Of a stretch of DNA of 42,387 bases, positions 7,128-14,624 are shown piece after piece. Positions within the stretch are counted from its first letter, which is position 1. The number at the start of each line of letters is the position of its first letter. The DNA comes from a virus, in the IMG/VR virus record IMGVR_UViG_3300038406_000091, positions 1 through 42,387 of that record; one strand, written 5' to 3'. The translations under genes were made by a program, and so were the position numbers. A model generated the notes under the pieces. That model was not told the DNA's origin. It searched no databases and saw nothing but the letters and a program-made list of their open reading frames with translations.

Positions 7128-7422
7128 CCCCTACCCGATATGTCGTCAGGAACCGTTGTATTGCGGCGGTGTTGCCCATCGCTATCTTTTCCTCTCGTTC
7201 CCAGTTGCGCTCTTTGGGCCGTCTCCTGGTGTGCCCGCAGGATGTACGTCTTCCGAGCTTGATGTCTGTGGCGCGGGCGTGTACCTCTTTCCCACAACTA
7301 CATTCGCAACGGGCCATGGTGACGCCTGTCTTTCCGTTCTCTTTGTAAAGCTCGCGGATAGTGAGGTGGACGTAGGTCTTGCCGATCTCCTCCTTACCTG
7401 CGATGAACCGTTGCGTTCTCAT
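7105..7422 (-). CDS. Hypothetical Zn-binding protein
   Basis: 105 aa. 'ARCECSCGKE...LGRRTSCGH' is a pattern common in small phage proteins. Confidence 0.5.
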   Translation of the reverse strand: MRTQRFIAGKEEIGKTYVHLTIRELYKENGKTGVTMARCECSCGKEVHARATDIKLGRRTSCGHTRRRPKERNWEREEKIAMGNTAAIQRFLTTYRVGGESAETG

Positions 7423-7553
7423 CTAAAAGCCCTCCACAGTTGATTCCCCAGACTCACGGTGTAGACGACGCCGACGATAAGGCCGATCAAGAGTCCGCCC
7501 AGGATGCAGAGGGGCAGGAGTGCGAGACAGGCGGTGGCTTTGGCGAGTTTCAT
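7419..7553 (-). CDS. Small membrane ORF (44 aa), not in the ORF track
   Basis: Hand translation: MKLAKATACLALLPLCILGGLLIGLIVGVVYTVSLGNQLWRAFR. ATGA overlaps at both ends. Confidence 0.4.
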   Translation of the reverse strand: MKLAKATACLALLPLCILGGLLIGLIVGVVYTVSLGNQLWRAFR

Positions 7554-7828
7554 GCTAGGGCCTCCAAGGTGAGGGCCAACAGGTCAAGCTCAGAGAGTTT
7601 GTAACGGCGCTCAAACCCGCGTGTGCCCAGGCCGTGGACGCCGGAATCGCCCCGGTGATGTTCGGGACAGAGCGGAATGGCGAGCCAGTTGCTTGCACGT
7701 TCGCTCATGCCCTGGTCTTCGCGGGGATGGTGTATCTCCGCTGGCGTCTCGCCGAGGTCCAGATGGCGGCAGAGAATGCAGCCGAGGCTTGCCACGCTGG
7801 CGAGGTGCGCCTTTTCTTTGTTGGTCAT
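7550..7828 (-). CDS. Ref-like (RecA-dependent) HNH nuclease
   Basis: 'LGCILCR...EIHHPR...IPLCPEHHRG..GVHGLG' motif. I chose the ATG at 7828 (MTNKEK), which forms an ATGA overlap, instead of the track start at 7852. Confidence 0.5.
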   Translation of the reverse strand: MTNKEKAHLASVASLGCILCRHLDLGETPAEIHHPREDQGMSERASNWLAIPLCPEHHRGDSGVHGLGTRGFERRYKLSELDLLALTLEALA

Positions 7829-8136
7829 TTCTCGTCCAGCTTCCTGCGCCACTCTTCCCGTACTCCTTCGGCGTCGTAACGATGACCCGGGTATTTGATA
7901 AGCCGCTCGCCCAGGACTCGCAGAACGGTCGCCGCCTCTTTGCTCTCGCTGAACCAGTGCGCCTGAACGGCGATCTCCTGCCCGAGGTTCTGGCGCTCCT
8001 GAAACCGAGCCGACGAAATCATCCGGTCGTACAGATTCCTGATTCCGTCAATGGTCCAGTTGAACAGGCCCCACGCTATGAGACCGACAACCACCCATGC
8101 CACCACCAAACCTAACCACTGAAACATCGTTTCCAT
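7825..8136 (-). CDS. Membrane-anchored hypothetical protein
   Basis: Internal start METMFQWLGLVVAWVVVGLIAWGL, preceded by GGAGAG. The longer track ORF (to 8352) overlaps the upstream gene in another frame. Confidence 0.5.
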   Translation of the reverse strand: METMFQWLGLVVAWVVVGLIAWGLFNWTIDGIRNLYDRMISSARFQERQNLGQEIAVQAHWFSESKEAATVLRVLGERLIKYPGHRYDAEGVREEWRRKLDEK

Positions 8137-8137
8137 T

Positions 8138-8503
8138 TCACTCTCCAAAGTTAACGCCCAGCTCCTGAATGGCCCACGCTTGGCATTGCTCGCAGTAGGA
8201 CAGCATTTCGGGAGTGCTGAGGAGTTTTGTTGATTTAACCCACATCTTCTTGCCGAAAATCTCCACTTCCTTCGGCGGACAAAACTGTTCCTTGAGGTAT
8301 TGGTGAACCGTCTCCTTGTCGTTGCCGGTCTGCATGACGATGGGCGTGACAACGGCAGCGAAGTAGTAATTCCGATGGCTCTGACTGTTCTTCTTGACGT
8401 ACTCCCGAACCTCTACTTCCCACACCTTGCCCGGACTGAGATTGGCGATAGTCTCCAGGCAGCGGGCTTTGTGGGCGTCGGTGCGGATGATCAGGTTAGG
8501 CAC
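8138..8503 (-). CDS. NinB/Orf-like recombination mediator (tentative)
   Basis: 121 aa. Overall pattern and nin-region position. GTG start overlapping the upstream stop. Confidence 0.35.
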   Translation of the reverse strand: MPNLIIRTDAHKARCLETIANLSPGKVWEVEVREYVKKNSQSHRNYYFAAVVTPIVMQTGNDKETVHQYLKEQFCPPKEVEIFGKKMWVKSTKLLSTPEMLSYCEQCQAWAIQELGVNFGE

Positions 8504-8726
8504 TCTTGATCGCCTTGAGGTTGTTGGCTGGCAACATGAAGCCGGTCCCGCTGCGATGGTCGGTCACGCGGATAAAGTCCACCTCCACCTTGGCCGAGTT
8601 GATGATGACCTGCGCGACTTCCGCGATGGCCTTCGCTCGACCCAGCTCCATCGGCTTCTCTTCGTCCTGCAACGCCTCCAGGGTCGCAAACAGGTGATTG
8701 CGTAAATCCTCAATCTTGTTTTTCAT
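8496..8726 (-). CDS. Hypothetical protein
   Basis: 76-aa ORF, coupled. Confidence 0.5.
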   Translation of the reverse strand: MKNKIEDLRNHLFATLEALQDEEKPMELGRAKAIAEVAQVIINSAKVEVDFIRVTDHRSGTGFMLPANNLKAIKSA

Positions 8727-9360
8727 GTCTCGCCCTCTTGTTGATCTGGCGCATCAGGGCGCCGCGCAGTTGAATGAGCCGCCCGATCTCTTTCGGGTAG
8801 CGGTTGTGGTAGGAGTTGCGGCGCATCAGGTCACTGCGGCTTAGCAGGACTAGGTTCTCCCGCGTGATGTTTTGCTTGTTGCCGTCAATGAAGCACACGG
8901 CATATCCCGATGGGATCGGGCCGTAATGGGTTTCCCACAGCAGGACGTGGACGCCCTTCCAGCGTTCATGCGTCCGGCCCGTGTCGCTGACCTTGCGTTC
9001 CCGATACCCGTCTTCGTTTATCCGCTCGCTGCCAATTGGTTTGTAAAGCTCGGCCGCCCTGCCGTTGATCTGGCCTTTCTGGAACTGCGTTTGTGCTGCC
9101 CGGCCTCCAGCGGCCCAGCCTTTCTTGCCCTTGTTGTGCGGGGCGTGGCCGGGCTTGAAGCGATTGGCTGCGCCGACATCTCCCCGAAGCCGGCAGGCGT
9201 GGGCGCTGGCTAGATACGCCGCGCTCTTGCGCAGTCCGAGCCCGTTGGCCTTGTTGTAGACCTGGGGCTCGGTGCGGTTCAGGCGCTTGGCTATCTCGAC
9301 AGTTGGCGTGTCGGGGTAAAGCCGAGAGAGCGTCGTCAATTCTTCGGGCGTCCACTTCAT
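8710..9360 (-). CDS. HNH (HNH_3-type) homing-endonuclease-like protein with an N-terminal HTH
   Basis: 216 aa. 'VHVLLWETHYGPIPSGYAVCFIDGNKQNITRENLVLLSR' is the classic HNH_3 core. Confidence 0.75.
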   Translation of the reverse strand: MKWTPEELTTLSRLYPDTPTVEIAKRLNRTEPQVYNKANGLGLRKSAAYLASAHACRLRGDVGAANRFKPGHAPHNKGKKGWAAGGRAAQTQFQKGQINGRAAELYKPIGSERINEDGYRERKVSDTGRTHERWKGVHVLLWETHYGPIPSGYAVCFIDGNKQNITRENLVLLSRSDLMRRNSYHNRYPKEIGRLIQLRGALMRQINKRARHEKQD

Positions 9361-9521
9361 CTGCGTTTAACCTTCCCCGTTACCGGGCCGAATGTTTCTT
9401 CGAGCTTCACGATGAAGTCGTGTATGTCGGGGTATTGGGCTTTGAGGGCTTCGCGCTGGGCTGATTTCGCCTGCGCTGCCTTGTCGGCCATTGCCTGCAA
9501 TTTCTCCAGCGCCTCAGTCAT
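9357..9521 (-). CDS. Small ORF (54 aa), not in the ORF track
   Basis: Hand translation: MTEALEKLQAMADKAAQAKSAQREALKAQYPDIHDFIVKLEETFGPVTGKVKRR. 8-nt overlap with dnaB and ATGA overlap with the HNH gene. Confidence 0.4.
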   Translation of the reverse strand: MTEALEKLQAMADKAAQAKSAQREALKAQYPDIHDFIVKLEETFGPVTGKVKRR

Positions 9522-10875
9522 AGTCCATGCCGCCGCGCCATTGCTTCGGGCGGACTACGTTTTCGATAGGGCCGCCGGTGTAGTTCTCGAAGCGGCAGAA
9601 TTGGCCTTGGAATGTCAGGCGAGCGGTTCCCAGCGGGCCGTTTCTCTGCTTGCCGATGATGATCTCGGCCGTTCCCTTGGCGGCGCTGTTCTCGTCGTAC
9701 ACTTCATCGCGGTAGACGAACAGGATCAGGTCGGCGTCTTGCTCGATGGCGCCAGACTCTCTGAGGTCTGACATGACGGGGCGCTTGTTCTGGCGCGTCT
9801 CCAGGCTGCGGTTAAGCTGTGAAAGCGCGATTACGGGGACGCTCAGTTCCTTTGCAAGGGCTTTGAGTCCGCGGCTGATCTCCCCCACGATGCTGGTGCG
9901 GTTCTCCCCTTGCCCGTCCATCAATTGCAGGTAGTCCACGACGATGGCGCCGAGCTTGTGTTCACGATGCTGGCGGCGGGCAGCGGCGCGGAGCCTCAAC
10001 ACCGTTAGGGCTGGGGTTTCGTCGATGATGAGCTTGGAGGTGTTGAGCTTTGCCGACGCTTGGGTCATCCGCTTCCACTCGTCTGAGTCCATGTCCCCGC
10101 GCAAAACCTTGTTCAGGTCGATGCGCCCTTGGCTGGCGATGGAGCGGGCCACCAACTGCTCGCTGCTCATTTCCATGCTGAACACGAGAACCGGCAGCTT
10201 GGCGTTGACCGCCACTTGCTCGGCAAGGTTCATCGCAAAGGCTGTTTTGCCCATCGAAGGACGACCGGCAACGATGATGAGTTCAGAGGGGGAAAGTCCG
10301 CTGGTCAGCCTGTCCAGATCCTTGAAGCCGGTGGAGAGCCCCAACAGATCCCCGCCCTTCTTCATGCGGGCGTCGAGCTGGTCAACGAACCGCTTGAGGA
10401 CCGTTCCCGCGAGTTCAGGGCCGCCGCTCGTCTGCTCTTCGGCAATGGCGCTGATGATGGATTGCGCCCGGTCTACCTTGTGCGCGGTGTCGCCTTCGCC
10501 GTAGGCAATCTCCCCGATCTGCATGGAGGCAGACGCGAGTTGGCGTTCAACACTCTTGTCCCGCACGACCTTGGCGTAAGCCTTGATGTTGGCGGTCGAT
10601 GGTGTTTCGTTCGCCAGTTGTCCGAGGTAAGACATTTCAACCTTCTCGCCCCGAGCCTTGAGGGTTTCGCTCGTCGTCACCACGTCGGCGGGCTGGCCCT
10701 CAGACACGAGGGCTGAGATGGCGCGGAAGATCGCCCGATGTTCGGCGCGGTAGAAATCCGCATCGGTGATCGTGTCGGCAATCAGGTCGAACGTGGCCGA
10801 GTTGAGCAGCAGGCCGCCCAGGACGGACTGCTCGGCCTCGATGCTGTGCATGGGGGGCTTGATAGCGTCCATCAT
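9514..10875 (-). CDS. dnaB: Replicative DNA helicase DnaB
   Basis: 453 aa. 'PPHSIEAEQSVLGGLLL', Walker A 'GRPSMGKTAF', 'VVDYLQLM' and 'ALSQLNRSLE' are all canonical DnaB motifs. No intein-sized insertion. Confidence 0.95.
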   Translation of the reverse strand: MMDAIKPPMHSIEAEQSVLGGLLLNSATFDLIADTITDADFYRAEHRAIFRAISALVSEGQPADVVTTSETLKARGEKVEMSYLGQLANETPSTANIKAYAKVVRDKSVERQLASASMQIGEIAYGEGDTAHKVDRAQSIISAIAEEQTSGGPELAGTVLKRFVDQLDARMKKGGDLLGLSTGFKDLDRLTSGLSPSELIIVAGRPSMGKTAFAMNLAEQVAVNAKLPVLVFSMEMSSEQLVARSIASQGRIDLNKVLRGDMDSDEWKRMTQASAKLNTSKLIIDETPALTVLRLRAAARRQHREHKLGAIVVDYLQLMDGQGENRTSIVGEISRGLKALAKELSVPVIALSQLNRSLETRQNKRPVMSDLRESGAIEQDADLILFVYRDEVYDENSAAKGTAEIIIGKQRNGPLGTARLTFQGQFCRFENYTGGPIENVVRPKQWRGGMDYD

Positions 10876-11603
10876 GCGGCCTCCCTGTCGTACTTGCCCT
10901 CAAGCACCTTGGCGAAGTTCTCGGGCTTTATTAGCCACTCCAGGTCGGCCACGAATGGTGGCATCCCCGGACGCCCGTTGGCTTGTCCTGTCAGGAACTT
11001 CGATTTGCTGACGTGCGTGAAGTAGTCGCGCCAGAAATCAAGCGACTGGTTTTTGTCTCTCTCTCTCCACCTAGCTCGCAAATAGCCTTGTCGTGTCTCG
11101 TTCCAGACCTTCACCCTTGGGCACAATGGCAAGAGTTCGTGATAGAGGGCGATGATTTCCTGATGCGGGCAGCCAGGGGTGGCCGGCTTGCCGGCTTCTT
11201 CTTCTTCTCCTCCCTTCCCTTCCATTCCTTGATCCCTTCCCTTCCCTTCCGTCGGGACAGTTCCGGGGGATTCGGGGGAATTCGGCGGGGATGGAAGTTT
11301 TGATGGGGTTCTCTTGTCGACCTTCTGATGCTTGGCGAAGTTCTTTATCTGCAAATATTCCGTGTTATCAACTGTGTAAATGTCTATCAGGGAGTTCCGC
11401 CGAAGTTCCCCGAATAACTCCGAAGTGTCCACGTTATCGGCGGGGAAGATTTGCATCTTGATCTTCTTCGGCGAGTACGCCATGCGGCCGTCGTCGTCGG
11501 CGAAGTTCCAAAGGCCGATGAAAAGCAGGCGCGCGGGGAAGGACAACTCGACGACCTTCTCGTCTACCCAGAACTCGGGCTTGATGGATCGGATCCTAGC
11601 CAT
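10872..11603 (-). CDS. Putative replication initiator / replisome organiser
   Basis: 243 aa. 'IKPEFWVDEKV...LLFIGLWNFADDDGR' N-domain, low-complexity linker, and 'CPHQEIIALYHELLP...RARW' C-domain. Directly upstream of dnaB with an ATGA overlap. Confidence 0.5.
   Translation of the reverse strand: MARIRSIKPEFWVDEKVVELSFPARLLFIGLWNFADDDGRMAYSPKKIKMQIFPADNVDTSELFGELRRNSLIDIYTVDNTEYLQIKNFAKHQKVDKRTPSKLPSPPNSPESPGTVPTEGKGRDQGMEGKGGEEEEAGKPATPGCPHQEIIALYHELLPLCPRVKVWNETRQGYLRARWRERDKNQSLDFWRDYFTHVSKSKFLTGQANGRPGMPPFVADLEWLIKPENFAKVLEGKYDREAA
11182..11291. repeat. Cluster of short direct repeats inside the replication gene (iteron-like; candidate origin)
   Basis: GCCGGCTT x2, (CTT)4, CCCTT runs (x2 then x3), and three tandem 10-bp units TTCCGGGGGA/TTCGGGGGAA/TTCGGCGGGG. 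Followed by a relatively AT-rich stretch at about 11330..11390. Confidence 0.45.
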
Positions 11604-11706
11604 TCAGCGCCTCTCTCACGAACCGGCACCACGTCCTAATGGCCTTCCGCTTGTCCTTGCGCTGCTTGATTCGCCGTGCTTGGCGATGTGCTTTCTGTAG
11701 GTTCAT
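11596..11706 (-). CDS. Very small basic ORF (36 aa), speculative
   Basis: Hand translation: MNLQKAHRQARRIKQRKDKRKAIRTWCRFVREALNG. 8-nt overlap with the replication gene start. Confidence 0.25.
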   Translation of the reverse strand: MNLQKAHRQARRIKQRKDKRKAIRTWCRFVREALNG

Positions 11707-11775
11707 ACGCACCCCTAGTTGGTGCGTCCTTGCAGGTGTCGGCCCTCTTCCGTGGGGGCTCTTGTGTGTTCTTTG

Positions 11776-11898
11776 CTAACCCCAGATCAGAAACAGGCCA
11801 AGGACTGCCCAGCCGATTCCGGTCTCACCCTTCGTGAGGTATGCAACCCAAGCCGCAAGGGCGCACACCGCGATAGACGCTAAACCTTTACCGAACAT
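11776..11898 (-). CDS. Small membrane ORF (40 aa), speculative
   Basis: Hand translation: MFGKGLASIAVCALAAWVAYLTKGETGIGWAVLGLFLIWG. Its start overlaps the end of the upstream ORF. Confidence 0.3.
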   Translation of the reverse strand: MFGKGLASIAVCALAAWVAYLTKGETGIGWAVLGLFLIWG

Positions 11899-12106
11899 CC
11901 CCAACCCCCAAAATCTGCCTTGCCGTCATCAGGTACTCCCACCACTGCGGACTGCCGTCCTCGCCGATTTCGGGCTTGCCGTCTTGGCGACAGAGCCACT
12001 TGGCAAGGCGCTCGATGTACTCCTTAGCGAACATGGCCTCGATGGCTTTGACGTGGAAGGTGTAGCCTTCGGAGAGCTGTTCTATCTTGCCGATGGTGTC
12101 GGTCAT
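11888..12106 (-). CDS. Hypothetical protein
   Basis: 72-aa ORF. ATGA coupling to the upstream gene. Confidence 0.5.
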   Translation of the reverse strand: MTDTIGKIEQLSEGYTFHVKAIEAMFAKEYIERLAKWLCRQDGKPEIGEDGSPQWWEYLMTARQILGVGDVR

Positions 12107-12300
12107 TCCTCGTCGCCCTTCTGATACGGCCGCACCAGGTACAGGGAGCAGGCCGGGATTTCACAGGTGCGGATGCGATTGACGACGCCCGGGTCAGCAT
12201 CGCGGCCCTGGCAGTCAAAGCATTTCGCGTTGATGGCGGCCCGCAGGGAGGTCGGGTTCTTTGCTGCGCGTTCGATTGGGTTAAGTCTGGTGCTAGTCAT
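12103..12300 (-). CDS. Hypothetical Cys-rich small protein
   Basis: 65 aa. 'AINAKCFDCQG...CEIPACSLYLVRPY' is a pattern seen in small phage early proteins. Confidence 0.5.
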   Translation of the reverse strand: MTSTRLNPIERAAKNPTSLRAAINAKCFDCQGRDADPGVVNRIRTCEIPACSLYLVRPYQKGDEE

Positions 12301-12315
12301 CGCTAGACGCTCCGG

Positions 12316-12600
12316 TTACAGGTGATCTATGCCGAGTTTCGCCATGCTCTTGAGAGATTTGAACGTGTCGTGTGGCACGCAAATCTCCGCAGAATCAACC
12401 ATCTTGAGTTCGTGGGCGGTGATAAAGGCTTCCAGGTACTCGTAGGGGATGCCTGTTTCACCCGAGTGCCAATGTCCGACTGCCGCCTTGGAAACCGGCT
12501 TGCCGAGGATGGCGGTCATGCGATCCGCGATCTTCTCGTAGGTCAGATCCAGATCGTTTTTGCGCTCTCTCAAGCATTCACCTTTGCAAGTCATTGGCAT
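12316..12600 (-). CDS. HTH regulator (CII-like by position)
   Basis: 94 aa. 'LTYEKIADRMT...VSKAAVGHWHSG' looks like a helix-turn-helix. First gene after the post-cro terminator. Confidence 0.4.
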   Translation of the reverse strand: MPMTCKGECLRERKNDLDLTYEKIADRMTAILGKPVSKAAVGHWHSGETGIPYEYLEAFITAHELKMVDSAEICVPHDTFKSLKSMAKLGIDHL

Positions 12601-12773
12601 TGCTCCGTATATCGGCGCGTCTCGTAGTCGCTAACGCCGTCTAGCGCCTTCGCGGGCGTTCTAAGGGGCTTTAGGGTGGAGTCGGGCCGCATGGGATTTA
12701 TCTCGTGTTAAATCAGACGGGGGTGGGTAATGTGCTGAGCCATGGAAACGAACTCAGCAATCGAGCTACAGAC

Positions 12774-12797
12774 AAAAAAAAGAGCCCCCGCAGGGGC
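12774..12797 (-). terminator. Rho-independent terminator between cro-like and downstream early genes (tR1-like)
   Basis: Minus strand: GCCCC-TGCG-GGGGC followed by TCTTTTTTTT. A second hairpin, GCACAC-n6-GTGTGC, lies at 12805..12822. Confidence 0.65.
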
Positions 12798-12949
12798 AAA
12801 GGCCGCACACGGGCTTGTGTGCACGACCGGCTCGCCGCCACGGGTAAAGCAGCGCGGCGAGTGGGAGAAGAAAAACGCGCCCGATGAATTGGGCGCAAAG
12901 TGGCTTTCACCACTAGGGAGATGCTCCATGGCTATGGAGCGGGACGTAA

Positions 12950-13174
12950 TCATTTCTGCCGCCTCAGTCTGGCGAGCAGCTTGCGATTCGATTCGGAGAG
13001 AAGTTCGCCGGCCCCCTTCACGCCGGTCAGCTCTTCGGCTTTCAGGGCGACCTCGATGGAGGTCTGCTTATGCCCGCCAGCGACCAGGCGCAGGAATTCC
13101 GCCGAAACGCCTATGGATTTGGCGAGCTTGCCGCGCTCTTCGGAAGGGAGGGACTTGAGATGGTTCTTGAGCAT
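12950..13174 (-). CDS. Cro/YdaS-like HTH protein
   Basis: 'LAKSIGVSAEFLRLVAGGHKQTSIEVALKAEELTG'. Divergent from the CI-like gene. I prefer the ATG at 13174 (MLKNHL) because the track's TTG at 13183 lies inside the -10 element. Confidence 0.6.
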   Translation of the reverse strand: MLKNHLKSLPSEERGKLAKSIGVSAEFLRLVAGGHKQTSIEVALKAEELTGVKGAGELLSESNRKLLARLRRQK

Positions 13175-13178
13175 ATAG

Positions 13179-13194
13179 CCCAAGTGTACTTGGG
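13179..13194. promoter_or_regulatory. Operator-like palindrome CCCAAGT-GT-ACTTGGG overlapping the -10 of the cro-side promoter
   Basis: 7-bp perfect inverted arms, read directly. Related GTGTA(C/T) cores are at 13197..13202 (reverse) and 13223..13228, and TGTACC occurs in the pL-like promoter (13929..13934). Confidence 0.5.
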
Positions 13195-13211
13195 AGATAC
13201 ACCAAGGTCAA
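13183..13211 (-). promoter_or_regulatory. pR-like promoter for the cro-like gene
   Basis: Minus strand: TTGACC-17 nt-TACACT. The ATG at 13174 begins only 8 nt after the -10, so the mRNA would be leaderless or nearly so. Confidence 0.5.
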
Positions 13212-13258
13212 CTATTGCCGGTGTGTACCAGCAAAATAATTCGCACTACAAAGGCGCC

Positions 13259-13660
13259 ATGGACATCAAAGAAATCAGACGGGAGAACCTGCGCCTGCTG
13301 GCCAAGGACAAGGGGGGACAAGCCCGCCTGGCTGAGCTGTTGGGCATGTCCCTGTCCTATCTAGGTCAAATCATTGGCAAAAATCCGGTTAAGGGCATAG
13401 GCGACGCCATAGCCAGACGGGTTGAAAAGGAGTTAGAATTGCCCCACGGGTGGATGGATCAAGCCCATTCCTTGAGCACAATGAGTCCCGATATCTTCGT
13501 GCGGGCCGTTCGGTTGGTCGAGGATGCTATGTCTGCTGAAAAATTAAGCATCCACGACGCCGAAAAGAGAGCCCGACTTTACCTCATGGTATATCGCCGC
13601 CTACAGACGGCAACCCTGGACCTGTCGGATGTGCGGGAGCTTGTGCGACTTGCAGCGTAG
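13259..13660 (+). CDS. CI-like XRE-family repressor lacking an S24 peptidase domain
   Basis: Internal ATG of track ORF 13070..13660. 'MDIKEIRRENLRLLAKDKGGQARLAELLGMSLSYLGQIIG' is a clear HTH_3. 133 aa, with no Ser/Lys autocleavage module. Confidence 0.65.
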   Translation: MDIKEIRRENLRLLAKDKGGQARLAELLGMSLSYLGQIIGKNPVKGIGDAIARRVEKELELPHGWMDQAHSLSTMSPDIFVRAVRLVEDAMSAEKLSIHDAEKRARLYLMVYRRLQTATLDLSDVRELVRLAA

Positions 13661-13811
13661 TCACCCGTAGAACCGCCTGGGAAGCCTCCCAGGCCCCGAT
13701 AGACGTTCCGGCAACAATCGCTACCAGGATCGCTTGAAACAGCGCCCTGCGCCTCTCCTTGCCTGCTGCATCCCTGATTATTTCCCTTAGTTCCTGTTCT
13801 GCGTATTGCAT
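13584..13811 (-). CDS. Small membrane ORF convergent with and overlapping the 3' end of the repressor gene
   Basis: 75 aa. GAGGAGG lies 7-8 nt upstream of the ATG. One hydrophobic helix (ALFQAILVAIVAGTSIGAW). 77-nt antisense overlap with 13259..13660. Confidence 0.35.
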   Translation of the reverse strand: MQYAEQELREIIRDAAGKERRRALFQAILVAIVAGTSIGAWEASQAVLRVTTLQVAQAPAHPTGPGLPSVGGDIP

Positions 13812-13918
13812 TTTCCCTACCTCCTCGCTGTACCGGGCTCATGCCCTGTAATGGAGCAATATTCGGTCGTCCATTTCCCCTCCGCAATACCCCCCGAAAA
13901 ATATTTTTTCCTGGCTGG

Positions 13919-13947
13919 TTGACTCCGCTGTACCTGTGAGATACAGT
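13919..13947 (+). promoter_or_regulatory. pL-like promoter for the plus-strand early operon
   Basis: TTGACT-17 nt-TACAGT. The spacer contains the inverted repeat CTGTA...TACAG. Confidence 0.5.
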
Positions 13948-13989
13948 TAGCCCATCAACACCACAGCACAGCGCCCTAGGGCGGGAGGG

Positions 13990-14376
13990 ATGGGAATGAG
14001 TCTTTACAACATGCTTTTCGGAACCAACAACGCGGCGCCGGTTCTCTTGGCCGCTCTCGGCGTGACAGCGGGCGACGTTCCCCGGTTCCGCGATTGCTTC
14101 ATCAGCGGAGACGAAATCGTCATTCACACGCGCACTGGCGGCGGCAACCGCGAGGCATACGAAGAAGAAAACGACGCCCTTTGCGCGCACCCCTGCTATC
14201 TGCGGGACGAGGACGACGATTTCGATTCGACCTATGCGAACTTCTATTTCAAGTTCCCGGAAGAGTACGCGGCAGACCTGAAGGCGCTTGCGGAACAAAG
14301 CGACTCCCATACTCCGAGCGAAAAGTGGCAAGCGTTGTTTTCCGCCCTGAGCGCCCAAGCCAAGACAGAAGCCTAA
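13990..14376 (+). CDS. Conserved hypothetical phage protein
   Basis: 128 aa. 'PRFRDCFI...TRTGGGNRE...DDDFDSTYANFYF' looks like a recurring phage/plasmid family. GGGAGGG RBS. The start may be the ATG at 13996. Confidence 0.6.
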   Translation: MGMSLYNMLFGTNNAAPVLLAALGVTAGDVPRFRDCFISGDEIVIHTRTGGGNREAYEEENDALCAHPCYLRDEDDDFDSTYANFYFKFPEEYAADLKALAEQSDSHTPSEKWQALFSALSAQAKTEA

Positions 14377-14407
14377 CCCCCACCACCCACAACACAGGGG
14401 ATGAGAG

Positions 14408-14611
14408 ATGAACCGTATAGGCGATTGGCGAATGAAGCACGACACCCCGACGCGCATGGGTATCTCGGTTTTCACGCTCCCGGCTGGTGCGATAGTCGCG
14501 GTGAAGCAAATCGACCATCGCAACAACAAGGTATTGGTCGAGGCCGGACCGCGCACAGTCGATTGGATGCACGAGAGCTGGCTTGAAAAACACTGCGAAC
14601 GAATCGCCTAA
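14408..14611 (+). CDS. Hypothetical protein
   Basis: 67-aa ORF with an upstream purine-rich RBS. Confidence 0.5.
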   Translation: MNRIGDWRMKHDTPTRMGISVFTLPAGAIVAVKQIDHRNNKVLVEAGPRTVDWMHESWLEKHCERIA

Positions 14612-14624
14612 CTAGGAGCCACCC

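Noticed and set aside
11742-11775. Plus-strand terminator-like hairpin GCCCTC-n6-GGGGGC with a T-rich tail, and hairpin ACGCACC-n7-GGTGCGT at 11707..11727
   Set aside because: Both sit in a minus-strand operon with no plus-strand transcript to terminate. They are probably RNA structures or translation-control elements of the small ORFs. No function could be assigned.
13928-13946. CTGT...ACAG arrangement in the pL-like promoter as a possible LexA/SOS box
   Set aside because: The spacing between CTGT and ACAG is 11 nt (or 5 nt for the inner pair), not the 8 nt of the gamma-proteobacterial SOS box. The host is unknown, so no call was made.
13579-14556. 325-aa minus-strand ORF spanning the cI 3' end and several plus-strand early genes
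   Set aside because: Arg/Gly/Ser/Pro-rich and low-complexity. It runs antisense to ORFs that have recognisable family-like sequence and RBSs. This is the typical spurious long frame of GC-rich DNA.
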